From assembly GCA_043767805.1 (NCBI GenBank), contig JAYUGC010000029.1, positions 1 to 39,241 on the forward strand: 39,241 bases of DNA. The letters are read 5' to 3'. Shown here one piece after another: positions 18,765 through 28,238 of the stretch. The position numbers and the translations under genes were made by a program. Positions within the stretch are counted from its first letter, which is position 1. Each line of letters starts with the position of its first letter. The DNA is from Pseudomonadota bacterium. GTDB lineage: Bacteria > Bdellovibrionota > FAC87 > UBA2466. The notes beneath the pieces were generated by a model. That model had not been told where the DNA came from. It made no database searches and saw nothing but the letters and a program-made list of their open reading frames with translations.

Positions 18765-19742
18765 ATGCGCGTCCTCATTTTAGGCGGCACTTCCTTTTTT
18801 GGCCGTGAAGTCGTGCGCCAGTTCGTCGAGCTGGGTCACGAGGTCTCGATCTTCACGCGGGGGCGCCAGTACCCCGGCGATCTGCCCGACGTGCGTAAGC
18901 TTGTTGGCGATCGCACCCGGCTCGAGGATTTGAAAAAGGCATCCGGCCGTTGGGACTTGGTCATCGACAACATCGCCTACGACGCGGCCGGGGTGCAGGC
19001 GGCGCTCGGCGCCTTAAAGGACGTGGGCCGCTACGTCCTAACCAGCACCGTTTCCGTCTACCGCTTCACGACGGATCGTTTCCCCATGCCCTGGCGCGAG
19101 GGTTGCGTCGATTACGACCACAAGCCGGCGGATGAGCTTGCGGCCGACATCCATTGGTCCTACGCGCGCGGCAAGCTCGAGGCGGAGCAGGCGTTGAGAG
19201 CTCAGTCCAAGATTCCGTGGACCATCGTGCGACCGACCGTCGTCTATGGCCCGAACGACTCGAAAGCCCGCGGCTTCTGGTATCTGGAGCGGCTCCGGCG
19301 GGGCGGCCCGATACTGCTCGCCAACGGCGGAGCGGGAAGCTTTCGCCTCGTGTACTCGGCCGACGTGGCGAAAGGCATCCGGCTCGCGGCTTTAAGTCCC
19401 AAAGCGGTCGGCAAGGTCTATAACCTCGCCCAAAGCGAGATCGTCACCCTCGAACAGTTTCTGATCGAAAGCGCCCGGGCGCTCGGCCTCAAAGCGGACC
19501 TCGTCTCCGTTCCCCTCTCGGAGTTGGGCGAGCTGGGCGGCCCCCACGCAAGCCTCATCAACGTCGTCCCGGACATCACGGCTTCCCAGGAAATCGGGCT
19601 CATCCCGACCGCGTTTCCGACCTTCATCCAGAAGACCGCGCAGTGGTACGAGGACGAATGGAAGGGAGACCGGACGGAGCTCTTAAAGACCCGCCCGCAG
19701 GAGTTAGCCTTCGCCGAAGCCTGGGCCCGCCGGGGCACTTGA
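18765..19742 (+). CDS. NAD-dependent epimerase/dehydratase family protein
   Basis: ILGGTSFFG Rossmann motif, YxxxK (YARGK), RPTVVYGP. Confidence 0.9.
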   Translation: MRVLILGGTSFFGREVVRQFVELGHEVSIFTRGRQYPGDLPDVRKLVGDRTRLEDLKKASGRWDLVIDNIAYDAAGVQAALGALKDVGRYVLTSTVSVYRFTTDRFPMPWREGCVDYDHKPADELAADIHWSYARGKLEAEQALRAQSKIPWTIVRPTVVYGPNDSKARGFWYLERLRRGGPILLANGGAGSFRLVYSADVAKGIRLAALSPKAVGKVYNLAQSEIVTLEQFLIESARALGLKADLVSVPLSELGELGGPHASLINVVPDITASQEIGLIPTAFPTFIQKTAQWYEDEWKGDRTELLKTRPQELAFAEAWARRGT

Positions 19743-19799
19743 CACCGAACCGTCGAATATTGTTCCCTGCCCCCAATCGTTTTATAAGAAGGACAGGGA

Positions 19800-20213
19800 A
19801 TGCGCGCTTTAGCTTACAGTCTGATTGCTTTTGCAGCCGTGGCCACGCAAGGGGCTCGCGCCGACTGGTCCAGCCGCGAGCTGGTAAAGGCCGCATCGCA
19901 TACCTTCAACGTAAAGCTCGACGTGTTCCTGGTCGTACTCCAGAGCTCGACCCCCACAGCGACGCTCGATGACGCCTGGAAAGCCGTCCGTCAGCAGACC
20001 GATGCCCTGGAAGCGCTCCTCGATACGGGAGCCACGTTCCTAGAAGTCGAGATTCAGTGTAAGAGGCTCGGCACCGCGCTCATGGACGCTCGCCGTCTCA
20101 TGTGGGCCGAAGGGCTTACGTACCACCCGACCTTCAGCGCGCGCTATCAGGCCGTGCGCCTCGCCTACCGGCGGCTCGAGCGCAACATGCACGGCTTACC
20201 GATCCTTTACTAG
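19800..20213 (+). CDS. Secreted helical hypothetical protein
   Basis: Signal peptide ending ARA, AGGA RBS. Confidence 0.65.
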   Translation: MRALAYSLIAFAAVATQGARADWSSRELVKAASHTFNVKLDVFLVVLQSSTPTATLDDAWKAVRQQTDALEALLDTGATFLEVEIQCKRLGTALMDARRLMWAEGLTYHPTFSARYQAVRLAYRRLERNMHGLPILY

Positions 20214-20497
20214 AGCTGGCGGGCGAAAAGCTCGAGCCCGAGCTGGTAGATAAATCCCCGGAAAACCGATCCGCCGAAATGAACCGTGTGCATGGACTCG
20301 GCGTAGAACCAGTTAGTCTCGTTCATGGCTTTAATCGCGCGCTCGTTCCAGGGCGCGGGAAGCTCGCAAGCCACTTCGCGAATAGAGGGCACGTGGAGCT
20401 CGGGTAGGTTTTGATAGCCCGGCGCCATGAGCGAGTTCGGGAACGGAAAGAAGAAGAGCGCGGCTAAAAGAAAGGCCGTTCCACACGCGCGCTTCAT
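20210..20497 (-). CDS. Small secreted/membrane hypothetical protein
   Basis: Start overlaps the rlmN stop; hydrophobic N-terminus. Confidence 0.55.
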   Translation of the reverse strand: MKRACGTAFLLAALFFFPFPNSLMAPGYQNLPELHVPSIREVACELPAPWNERAIKAMNETNWFYAESMHTVHFGGSVFRGFIYQLGLELFARQL

Positions 20498-21582
20498 AGA
20501 GAAGCCACGCTGGCGAGGAGAGCTTCGGCCGAGCGCTGCTGGCGCAGCCGCGCGGCTTCCAGAAGTTTTTCTTCCTGAGTGCGGAGCTGGCCGCAGGCGC
20601 CCGCGATATCGCGGCCGCGGCTACGGCGATAAGTAGCTGTGTAATTGGCGTTGAGCAAAATATTCTGGAAGGCGTGAATGCGGTTCTCGCTGGGACGCTT
20701 GAAGGCGACGAAGGGATTCTCGTTGTAGGCGAGCAGATTGATCTTACTCGGAATGCCCCGGAGCAAATCAGCGAGACGGTAGGCATCCTCGTCGGAATCG
20801 TTGTGATCTTTAATCAAAATGTACTCGAAGGTGATGCGGTTTCTGCCCGGGATTTTCACCGTGCGGCAGGTGTGCATGAGCTCTTCGAGCGAGTGCTTCT
20901 TGTTGATGGGCATGATCTTCGCGCGCTGCTCTTCGGTCGTACCGTGCAACGAAATCGCGAGCTTTCCCAAATTAGCGTCGAGAAACGGCTGAATCTTCGG
21001 CGTGAGCCCGACCGTGGACACGGTGATGTGGCGCTTTCCGATCTGCGGGCCCATGGGATGGGTAAAGATCTCGAGCGACTTGATCATCTCGTCGTAGTTA
21101 TCGAACGGCTCGCCCATGCCCATCAAAACGATGTTGGTGATCGCTTGCGGAAAATCGATGGAGTAGAGCTGGTCGACGATTTCCCACGCCTTCAAATCGC
21201 GCGTGAACTTCATGTAACCCGTAGCGCAGAACGTGCACGCCATCTTGCAGCCCACTTGGGTGGACACGCAGAGCGTGTTTCTCTCATTAGCGGGAATGAA
21301 GACCGCTTCGACCGTTTCGCCGTCGTGAAGCTCGACCAGGTATTTCGCGGTGCCGTCTTCTTTGGAAAGATCGGCCTTCTTCACTTTCACGCGCGGGATC
21401 TCGAACTTTTCGGCGAGCTCCTCGCGGAACGGCTTTTGGAGATCGGTCATCTCGTGAAAGTCGGTGACCTTCCTCTGATGGATCCAGCGGAAAACCTGGC
21501 GCCCGCGAAACGCGGAATGCCCGAGAGAGACCATCTTGGCCTCGAGCTCGGTAAGGGTCATGCCTTTGAGGTTTTCCTTCAT
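20494..21582 (-). CDS. rlmN: Dual-specificity RNA methyltransferase RlmN (radical SAM)
   Basis: CVSTQVGCKMACTFCATG, MGMGEP, DIAGACGQL. Confidence 0.96.
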   Translation of the reverse strand: MKENLKGMTLTELEAKMVSLGHSAFRGRQVFRWIHQRKVTDFHEMTDLQKPFREELAEKFEIPRVKVKKADLSKEDGTAKYLVELHDGETVEAVFIPANERNTLCVSTQVGCKMACTFCATGYMKFTRDLKAWEIVDQLYSIDFPQAITNIVLMGMGEPFDNYDEMIKSLEIFTHPMGPQIGKRHITVSTVGLTPKIQPFLDANLGKLAISLHGTTEEQRAKIMPINKKHSLEELMHTCRTVKIPGRNRITFEYILIKDHNDSDEDAYRLADLLRGIPSKINLLAYNENPFVAFKRPSENRIHAFQNILLNANYTATYRRSRGRDIAGACGQLRTQEEKLLEAARLRQQRSAEALLASVASL

Positions 21583-21618
21583 GAACCCGGACTTATACCT
21601 GAAAGGGGCGTTCGATTG

Positions 21619-22263
21619 CTACCCGAGGTTCACGTGGTCGAGGAGGTCGGAGAACTGAGCCAAAATCTTTCCCGGCACCCCAGTCACCCGGCCGAAACCG
21701 TAGCCTGCGGCGAGAAAGCGGGCACCGGCCGCTTCCGCGCATTTGCGGTCGACGTCGTGGTCGCCCACCATCCAGCTGCGGGCGGGAGAAACCCCTAAAA
21801 GCTTTGCGACTTCGAGGAGATGGTCCGGATGAGGCTTGAAGTTGGCGAACCTATCGGCGCCAGCCACGCAATCAAACCGCACGGACGGCAGGTAATGTTC
21901 CAGGGTCCTCTCGGCGACTTTCGTGTGCTTATTGGTGACGACCGCCAGCACCAGCTCAGGCCGGCTCTGGAGCGTTTCCAAGGTTTCCTTCACACCCGGA
22001 TAGAGAGCGCCCCCCGCGTAAGGCGCGGCCAGGTAGTACATTCGAAAGCGTTCCATGACCTCGGGCAACTCGCTCTCCAAAAGCTCCGGCAACCCTTGGC
22101 GGGCCAGGTGCGCGATGCCATGCCCGATGAACGGGCGAAGGTCCGCGGTGGACCGGCGCGGCAGGTTGTAATCCTCGACGCGGACCCGGTTCAAATGCCC
22201 GCAAATATCCTCGAGGCTATCCACCAGCGTTCCGTCCAGATCTAGAAAAATACCTGATTTCAT
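21619..22263 (-). CDS. HAD-family hydrolase (phosphoglycolate phosphatase-like)
   Basis: DLDGTLVDS, VTNK, KPHP, MVGD. Confidence 0.9.
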   Translation of the reverse strand: MKSGIFLDLDGTLVDSLEDICGHLNRVRVEDYNLPRRSTADLRPFIGHGIAHLARQGLPELLESELPEVMERFRMYYLAAPYAGGALYPGVKETLETLQSRPELVLAVVTNKHTKVAERTLEHYLPSVRFDCVAGADRFANFKPHPDHLLEVAKLLGVSPARSWMVGDHDVDRKCAEAAGARFLAAGYGFGRVTGVPGKILAQFSDLLDHVNLG

Positions 22264-22321
22264 GTGGTTAAATTACCTTTCCGGACGCGATCGCTTTCTT
22301 TCCCTTAAGCCGTACCCAAAT

Positions 22322-22349
22322 TGTCACAACAACCACCGGCCATCGTCTA
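22322..22349 (+). promoter_or_regulatory. Putative ECF-sigma autoregulatory promoter
   Basis: TGTCACA-N15-CGTCTA about 60 bp upstream of the ECF sigma start; CGTC -10 is typical of ECF promoters. Confidence 0.5.
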
Positions 22350-22409
22350 TAACCACGGAGGCGGGAATTAAATCCAATTTCCGCGGAATCGGTGGGGCAA
22401 AGGGATCTC

Positions 22410-23003
22410 ATGGGCAATAGCCTCAAGTCTTGGGTAAAGCGACTGAGGAACGGAGATCAGAGCGCCTTTCTTCCCTTTTACGAGAAGACCGCGCCCGGTT
22501 TGATGCGTTTCCTCCTGTGGAAGTCGAACGGCAATAAAGAACTGGCCGAGGACATCCTGCAAGAAAGTTACGTTCGGTTTCTCCTCCATCTCGACCGCTT
22601 GGAGTCGGAAGAGGAGATTTCGATCCAGTCGTACCTGCTTCGGATCGTGAAGCACTGTTTAATCGATAAAGTGGCCCGGAGCCCGCACGCAGCCCGGACC
22701 CACATCCCGATGGAAGACGCCATGCACTTGGCCGAAACCAGTCAGGACGCGAAACAAGAACAAGCCGTGGAACTCAGGGAGCTATCCATCGCAATGAGCT
22801 CGCTCAGCGAAAAAGATTCGGAGATTATCTGGTTGAGAGATGCCTTAGGGATGTCTCACCGCGAAGTGGCCGACCAGATCGGCATCACGGAGCAGGCGTC
22901 GCGCCAAGCGTACGTGCGCGCGAAACGCTCTTTGTTATCGGAGCTCGCCGCTACGGGCGCGGCGATTTTGAATGGAGGAGACTATGTTCCTGAATTGTCC
23001 TAA
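22410..23003 (+). CDS. ECF-type RNA polymerase sigma factor
   Basis: Region 2 AEDILQESYVRF...SYLLRIVKH; region 4 GMSHREVADQIGITEQASR. Confidence 0.92.
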   Translation: MGNSLKSWVKRLRNGDQSAFLPFYEKTAPGLMRFLLWKSNGNKELAEDILQESYVRFLLHLDRLESEEEISIQSYLLRIVKHCLIDKVARSPHAARTHIPMEDAMHLAETSQDAKQEQAVELRELSIAMSSLSEKDSEIIWLRDALGMSHREVADQIGITEQASRQAYVRAKRSLLSELAATGAAILNGGDYVPELS

Positions 23004-23526
23004 GCCCGAAAAGCTCCTCGAGCTCTTTACCATTCCCGACGAGATTTCTTTCCGCCAGCGCTCCCTCACCAAGACACACGCTTTCTTCTGCGCCGACTGT
23101 CAGCAACGCTTAAGTCACCTCAAGAAAAACTGGGGACAATTTTTCAAGCCCGAGCCGGACATCACGTCCTCTCTCATGAAGGTCTATTCCCGTCTGCAAA
23201 AGGACGAGACCCTGATCTTGAAAGGCTGGAAGTTCGGCGAGGCGCCTCGTAAGCGCGGCGCGAGCCACTTCCTTTTCAAGGAAGGCTGGTTATTTCGCGG
23301 CAGCGTCGGTATCGGCATGGCGGCGGTGGTCGCGTTTCTCGCGGTCGGCCCTGGAGTGAGAAAGCCTTTGGAAGAAGAAGGCGGCTTGGTCGAGCGTTAC
23401 AAATCCGCGAAAACGGACGTGCCTCTCTTTCAGATTCGGGAAGAGAACAAGGATCGCGTGAAGGTGCGCTACCTGCAGCCCGAGCTCCTTCAGACCATTG
23501 AATTCGAAACCACGAGTGCCCGATGA
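22984..23526 (+). CDS. Putative zinc-binding (ZAS) membrane anti-sigma factor
   Basis: Overlaps the sigma gene; GGAGG RBS; N-terminal C...HxxxCxxC (HAFFCADC); one TM helix. Confidence 0.7.
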   Translation: MFLNCPKPEKLLELFTIPDEISFRQRSLTKTHAFFCADCQQRLSHLKKNWGQFFKPEPDITSSLMKVYSRLQKDETLILKGWKFGEAPRKRGASHFLFKEGWLFRGSVGIGMAAVVAFLAVGPGVRKPLEEEGGLVERYKSAKTDVPLFQIREENKDRVKVRYLQPELLQTIEFETTSAR

Positions 23527-24365
23527 AGCGAACTCTTTTCGTCAGTTTTTTATTCATGAGCGGGGGGATGGCCGCAGGGTCGCCCCCGCTCCCTCCCCCC
23601 TCTCTTCCGGCTTTTTTGCCGCCGCCTCCGACGGCGATTTCCGCGGTACCGGCGCAGTTCATGACGACCGTGCAATTCGCGGTGCAAGAGCGCACGGCGG
23701 GCTTAAATAGGCGCGGTCAGCAGCTCGTCATCGATCAATTTTCCGACGTCTTCGAGTCGTGGCCCGAGTTCGAGGGCCGTCAGTACGAAGTGAAGATGGA
23801 AGGCCCGGAAGTCGTCTTCTACGTGACCGGCACGAACGATCTTCGCCAGCCCATGCAGAAGGCCGTCACTCAGCTCATTCAGAATTTGAACGGCCGGGTC
23901 CGCGCGCGGGGCCGCACTCAGTTTTATCGCACGAGTCTCGAGCAAGCCGGGGGCGGGTTGCTTGAAGTCCGCACCGACGACTCTCACTCGAAGATCGTTT
24001 CGGTGTCCGCGCAGTCGGTGCCTTTGCGGGATATTTTGAAGGAAATCAAAACCCAGGTGGGGGGGTTGAGTTACCTCATCCCCGGCGAGTGTGCCGAGCA
24101 GCTCGTGGACTGGAGTTTTGGCGAGGAAGGGCGCGAGGAGCCGAAGACCTTGGACGCCGCCATGCGGGAAGTGGGCGCGCTCTTTAAGCTCAATCTCGTA
24201 AAGCAGAACAATACTTACGTTTTCAGCGGCCCTTGCGACGTAGCAAACCTACCCAAGGCGCCCCGCAAGCCGACCGCCTCCAGCGAATTGTGGACCGACT
24301 TGCCCAAGGGGCAAGGCGCCCGGCCCACCGCCGTCTTCTTCTCCGTCCCCCCCATTGCCCGCTAA
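23523..24365 (+). CDS. Secreted hypothetical protein, possible secretin/TonB N-domain-like C-terminus
   Basis: ATGA overlap with the anti-sigma gene; signal peptide, Pro-rich linker, VSVSAQSVPLRDILKEI pattern. Confidence 0.65.
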   Translation: MKRTLFVSFLFMSGGMAAGSPPLPPPSLPAFLPPPPTAISAVPAQFMTTVQFAVQERTAGLNRRGQQLVIDQFSDVFESWPEFEGRQYEVKMEGPEVVFYVTGTNDLRQPMQKAVTQLIQNLNGRVRARGRTQFYRTSLEQAGGGLLEVRTDDSHSKIVSVSAQSVPLRDILKEIKTQVGGLSYLIPGECAEQLVDWSFGEEGREEPKTLDAAMREVGALFKLNLVKQNNTYVFSGPCDVANLPKAPRKPTASSELWTDLPKGQGARPTAVFFSVPPIAR

Positions 24366-24559
24366 CCGGGGTGCCTCCGCCTCCGCCCGCAGGGCTACGT
24401 CGCGACAGACTTCTTTTGCTCCTGGCCAGAAAAAAAGGGAGGCTTGCCGAGACGAGGCCCTCAAAAAGTCCTTTCCTTTTTGTAGGGCGAAGTCTGGAAA
24501 TCATTGCCAAAGCTACCCGATTGACCTATTAATTTTTGGTTCCTTTATTCCGCGTCATC

Positions 24560-24635
24560 GCGGGAGTAGCTCATTTGGTAGAGCATCTCGTTGCCAACGA
24601 GAAGGTAGCGGGTTCGAACCCCGTCTCCCGCTCCA
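24560..24635 (+). tRNA. tRNA-Gly (GCC)
   Basis: 76 nt; acceptor stem GCGGGAG/CTCCCGC, anticodon arm TCTCG-TTGCCAA-CGAGA, T-loop GGTTCGAAC, encoded CCA. Confidence 0.98.
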
Positions 24636-24728
24636 TTTGATTCAGCCCAACTTGGTACAAAATAACCTAAATATCTGAAAACAAACGCAGGTTCTGAGGC
24701 TGTTTTCAAACGATCCGGCGGTCTCCAG

Positions 24729-24778
24729 GTTACTCGAAGTTACCCAGCGTTACCCGAGTTGGCTACACTTTGGCTACA
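24729..24778 (+). repeat. Phased direct repeats resembling integrase arm/accessory sites
   Basis: GTTAC at 24729, 24739 and 24749 (10-bp period), then TTGGCTACA at 24759 and 24770. Confidence 0.55.
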
Positions 24779-24985
24779 TGGCAGAAGGGCTTTTAGGTTC
24801 GGAAAAAATCGAACAAATTTTAGCGGCTCAGCGAATAATTGCGCGGAGCCGCTATTTCTGTCCTGTCGATGCGTCACGGATTGTTTGTATTTGTAGGTGC
24901 CTGCCTGGCGATCGTTTGATGTCCTATCGCCCCCTTTTGAACTCAGTGGATCAGTGTTCCCCCAGCGACTCCAAGTTAGAGTAAT

Positions 24986-25037
24986 TTAATAGATGCACCC
25001 ACTAGATAATTATGGGTGCGTTTGTTAAAATAAGGCA
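24986..25037 (+). promoter_or_regulatory. AbiE promoter with inverted-repeat operator
   Basis: TTAATAGATGCACCCA / TGGGTGCGTTTGTTAA imperfect IR; extended -10 TGnTAAAAT ending 6 nt before the GTG start. Confidence 0.65.
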
Positions 25038-25634
25038 GTGAAGGGAAAAAGGACATTGGAGAAACTAGCACCATTTAAAACATCCGTTCTATTTACAGCG
25101 GAGGACGCCCGTAAGCTCGGGGTATCTGCTGCCCTTCTGGACTACTACGTCAAGAAGGGAGACCTCAAGCGACTCTCTCGCGGGATATACCGGGATGCGA
25201 AGGCAAAGACTAACCTTGAATTTCGCTGGGAGGATCTGATCGTAGTGGCGCTTACCATTCCCGAAGGAGCCATCTGCCTCCTTTCGGCGCTTGCGGTGTA
25301 TGGGCTGACCGAGGAAATTCCACGGGAACACTGGATCGCGCTTCCCCACCGACTTCGAGCCCCCCGCCGCGATGGGGTCCGGTGTGTAAGAATGCGGGAT
25401 ATGATTCTCGGAAAGACAGAAATGAACGTTGGCGGGACCAAGGTTCCCATCTTCGACCGTGAGCGGACTGTTGTTGACTCCTTTCGATACCTCGGACGAG
25501 AGGCGGCCATTAAGGCTCTTAAAATGTATTTTTCTAAATCAGGAAAGTCCAAGCCGGATATCCGAAAACTCCGGGAATATGCGAAGAAACTTCGGGTTTC
25601 CATAGAGCCCTACTTGATTACGGTGACTACATGA
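25038..25634 (+). CDS. abiEi: Type IV TA antitoxin AbiEi-family transcriptional regulator
   Basis: N-terminal wHTH (LKRLSRGIY), GAICLLSAL..YGLTEEIP, IFDRERTVVDSFR. Confidence 0.9.
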   Translation: MKGKRTLEKLAPFKTSVLFTAEDARKLGVSAALLDYYVKKGDLKRLSRGIYRDAKAKTNLEFRWEDLIVVALTIPEGAICLLSALAVYGLTEEIPREHWIALPHRLRAPRRDGVRCVRMRDMILGKTEMNVGGTKVPIFDRERTVVDSFRYLGREAAIKALKMYFSKSGKSKPDIRKLREYAKKLRVSIEPYLITVTT

Positions 25635-26608
25635 TTCTAGATATCCAATCGCTAAAAGCTCGGGTTAAGACCATCGCGGAGAGAGAGGGACGAACCTTTA
25701 ATGACGTTTGGAAACAGCTCACCCTCGAAAGATTTTTGGCGAGGGTGGCGGTATCGGAACACCGTGATAGCTTTGTCTTCAAAGGGGGAATGCTCCTTGC
25801 CCGGTACCTGAAGATCGGGCGCGAGACGATTGACGCCGACTTTCTGCTGCAAAAATTGGAAAACAAAACGGAGGTAATGGAAGCTGCTGCAAAAGAGATT
25901 CAAGGGATTGATCTTAAGGATGGGTTCGTATTTTCCTATAGGCGAACGGAGCAATTGAAACAGCCCCACATGCGTTACCCTGGCTATCGCATCTCAATGG
26001 ATGTGAAGCTAGAGAATATACGCGATGTTTTGAGTATCGATATCGGAGTTGGGGACGTGGTGGAACCGGAGATCCGCAAAATCCGATTACTAGAGGTGAA
26101 GGACATCCCGTTGTTTGAAAAGGAGATCGCTTTAAAAGCATATCCGCCAGAAGGCATCTTCGCTGAAAAGCTCGAAGCGATATTTTATCGCGGTAGCACG
26201 ACGAGCAGGATGAAAGATTATCACGACATCTTACTGATGATTCGCCATTCAACCCTCTTGGAGAGTGAAAAAGTAAAGCATTGTGTGAAAGCAACGTTTC
26301 AGAATTTAGAAACCGAACTTAAATTGCCGCTCAGTTTCTCCGCTGGAGAAATAGAAACGCTTCAGAAATATTGGGCGGCACACCGCCGGGGTCTCTCGCG
26401 CAGCGCGGACAAGCTATTGCTTCCGGAAACAATTGAAGAAGCTATCGGTGAGATAAACGGATGGTTGGGTAAAATGTTCTGGCTCGGGATTGGTTTTCGT
26501 CCCCCCCCCTTTAGCTTCCTAGAGCCCCCCGCCGGAGGCATGAGTGCTTCCTGTCGCCCACAAAAAAGCAAGAGCAGTGCGCGCAGGCGCCGTCACGACC
26601 GGCTTTAG
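25631..26608 (+). CDS. abiEii: AbiEii/AbiGii nucleotidyltransferase toxin
   Basis: ERFLAR, FVFKGGMLL, RETIDADF, IFAEKLEA, SRMKDYHD; ATGA coupling to abiEi; last ~40 aa look like read-through. Confidence 0.9.
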   Translation: MILDIQSLKARVKTIAEREGRTFNDVWKQLTLERFLARVAVSEHRDSFVFKGGMLLARYLKIGRETIDADFLLQKLENKTEVMEAAAKEIQGIDLKDGFVFSYRRTEQLKQPHMRYPGYRISMDVKLENIRDVLSIDIGVGDVVEPEIRKIRLLEVKDIPLFEKEIALKAYPPEGIFAEKLEAIFYRGSTTSRMKDYHDILLMIRHSTLLESEKVKHCVKATFQNLETELKLPLSFSAGEIETLQKYWAAHRRGLSRSADKLLLPETIEEAIGEINGWLGKMFWLGIGFRPPPFSFLEPPAGGMSASCRPQKSKSSARRRRHDRL

Positions 26609-26809
26609 CCGCCGAGGTGTCAACCGAGGGCAGTCTTTACGGTGACGAGCACACTGCTACGTTGTTTAGGGCGATGAAAAGAAAACAGGAAATTAGAAAA
26701 TAGTTCGCCGTGGGACCGGCGTCGATCCCACGGCGTTATAAAGTGGAATAGTCGCGAATTGCGTTTACACGACTCGGTGTTCTGAAGTCAGAGCGCCATG
26801 GTCTCCCGG

Positions 26810-27148
26810 TCAGTGGATCACGCGGTCTTTTAAGGTGGGAATCCCAAGCGGTCTGAGTTGACCATTTGCCTTTGGAATATACACTCTGCGCGCTGGCAGA
26901 GGGCTGTACGCTCCGGACAAAAGTTCCGCTCGGATGGTTTCGATGTTTGCGTCGAGTTTGTCGGCAAAAGCCGTTTTGTCGATGCCATCGACACCTGGGG
27001 TTTTTGCTCCCGATGATTTCAACGTCCGATTGGCCGCTGCTAACAGCCAGTCTCGCGATGTGATCAATCTTAAAAGACGGTCGAACTTGCGAGTCTTATC
27101 TTCTGTTGACCACTTGGCCAATTTGCTTTGCATTTCACTAATTATCAA
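26810..27148 (-). pseudogene. ltrA: Truncated group II intron reverse transcriptase/maturase
   Basis: KTPGVDG, YSPLPARRVYIPKANGQLRPLGIPTLKDRV, then a stop; RT core with YADD absent. Confidence 0.9.
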
Positions 27149-27807
27149 AGGTCTTCACCTCATTGTGGTTAGCTAATCTTTCAAGCAAATTTCCTAAACT
27201 GTTCTCCTTCGCCGTGTAGCAGGATTTCCCTGCCTCTGACTACTACGAGAACTCCGTCAATCGGTGTCGCATCGGAGTCGCACTCCCTTAGCATCGGCAC
27301 CGACTTTCCCCAGTTCACATGTTTGGACTTCAGTCGCACAGAGGAGGTTGCCTATCGCAGTCTTTATCCTTGCTTTCCGCAAGTCGCGATCTGTTCCACG
27401 GTTTAGTTGCGCGCTTCCCGTGGATCCCGGTTGCATGCCTTACATGTACAGCAACCTTCGAGCGGCATCCGCATATCTGTCGAGTCCCGCTTGCAGATCA
27501 CCCACCTATTAAGTCGTGTAGGCGAGGGTGACATTTCAACCCATAGACACGGATGAATAGGTTCGTGTTCCTCAACCTTTCTGTGCTCAGCCTAGAGATT
27601 CATCTTGGCGTAACGACTTCGCCTCAAACCCCATTATCCGCGGACTTCGTCACCTGACCAGTGCACGGTCAGTCACCGCCGCTTAGGCTCATGTTCTCCC
27701 GCAACGGAGAACAGTCGATTGCTTCCTCCTTTCTGGAAACTTTCGTATTCCAAACATGCTCAAGCGCTCTTGGCTGCTTCCTACAGCTGTCGAGCGGCTG
27801 GGCGTAC
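26810..27807 (-). mobile_element. Group II intron, 5' portion only (ribozyme 5' domains plus IEP start)
   Basis: Begins GTACGCCC immediately after IS3 orfB codons WASDITY-G; about 660 nt of non-coding sequence, then an RT N-terminus; no domain V/VI seen. Confidence 0.85.
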
Positions 27808-28201
27808 CGTAGGTTATGTCAGAAGCCCACGTCTGATTCGGTTTCTCTGGGGAGAAATTTCTCTCCAGTAAGTTCGGCGCTACTGGGAGGTTGTGCTTGG
27901 AGTCCGTCGTCACCCGGAATTTCCGCTTGGTCTTCGCCCGTATGCCGTGCTTCTTCATCGTCCTTTCCACCTTCGTCTTGCCAACCTTGTGCCCCATTCC
28001 GATGAGCTGGTTAAAAACCCGGGGGCTGCCGTAACTCTTCCGGCTCGACCGGTTCACGTCCTCAATCGCCCGCAGCAATTTCAGTTCCTTCGCCTCCTTC
28101 CCGCTGTTGTCTCGCTTGCGCCAGGCATAGTAGCCGCTCGTCGATACATTCAAAACCTCGCTCATGAATTCTACCGGATATTCCCTCTCAAGCGCTTTCA
28201 T
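27808..28201 (-). pseudogene. IS3-family transposase OrfB, N-terminal part
   Basis: VSTSGYYAW, SYGSPR, TTDSKHNLPVAPNLLERNF, PNQTWASDITY, then intron sequence. Confidence 0.9.
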
Positions 28202-28238
28202 GGCGTCGTACCTTTCCTGTCTTGCTCCGCGAAGAACA

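Noticed and set aside
24778..24984. 68-aa ORF after the tRNA as an integrase or excisionase remnant
   Set aside because: No recombinase or HTH motifs recognised on either strand.
26810..27148. RT as a retron, DGR or defence RT
   Set aside because: The motifs and upstream non-coding region match a group II intron IEP, and it is truncated before the catalytic core.
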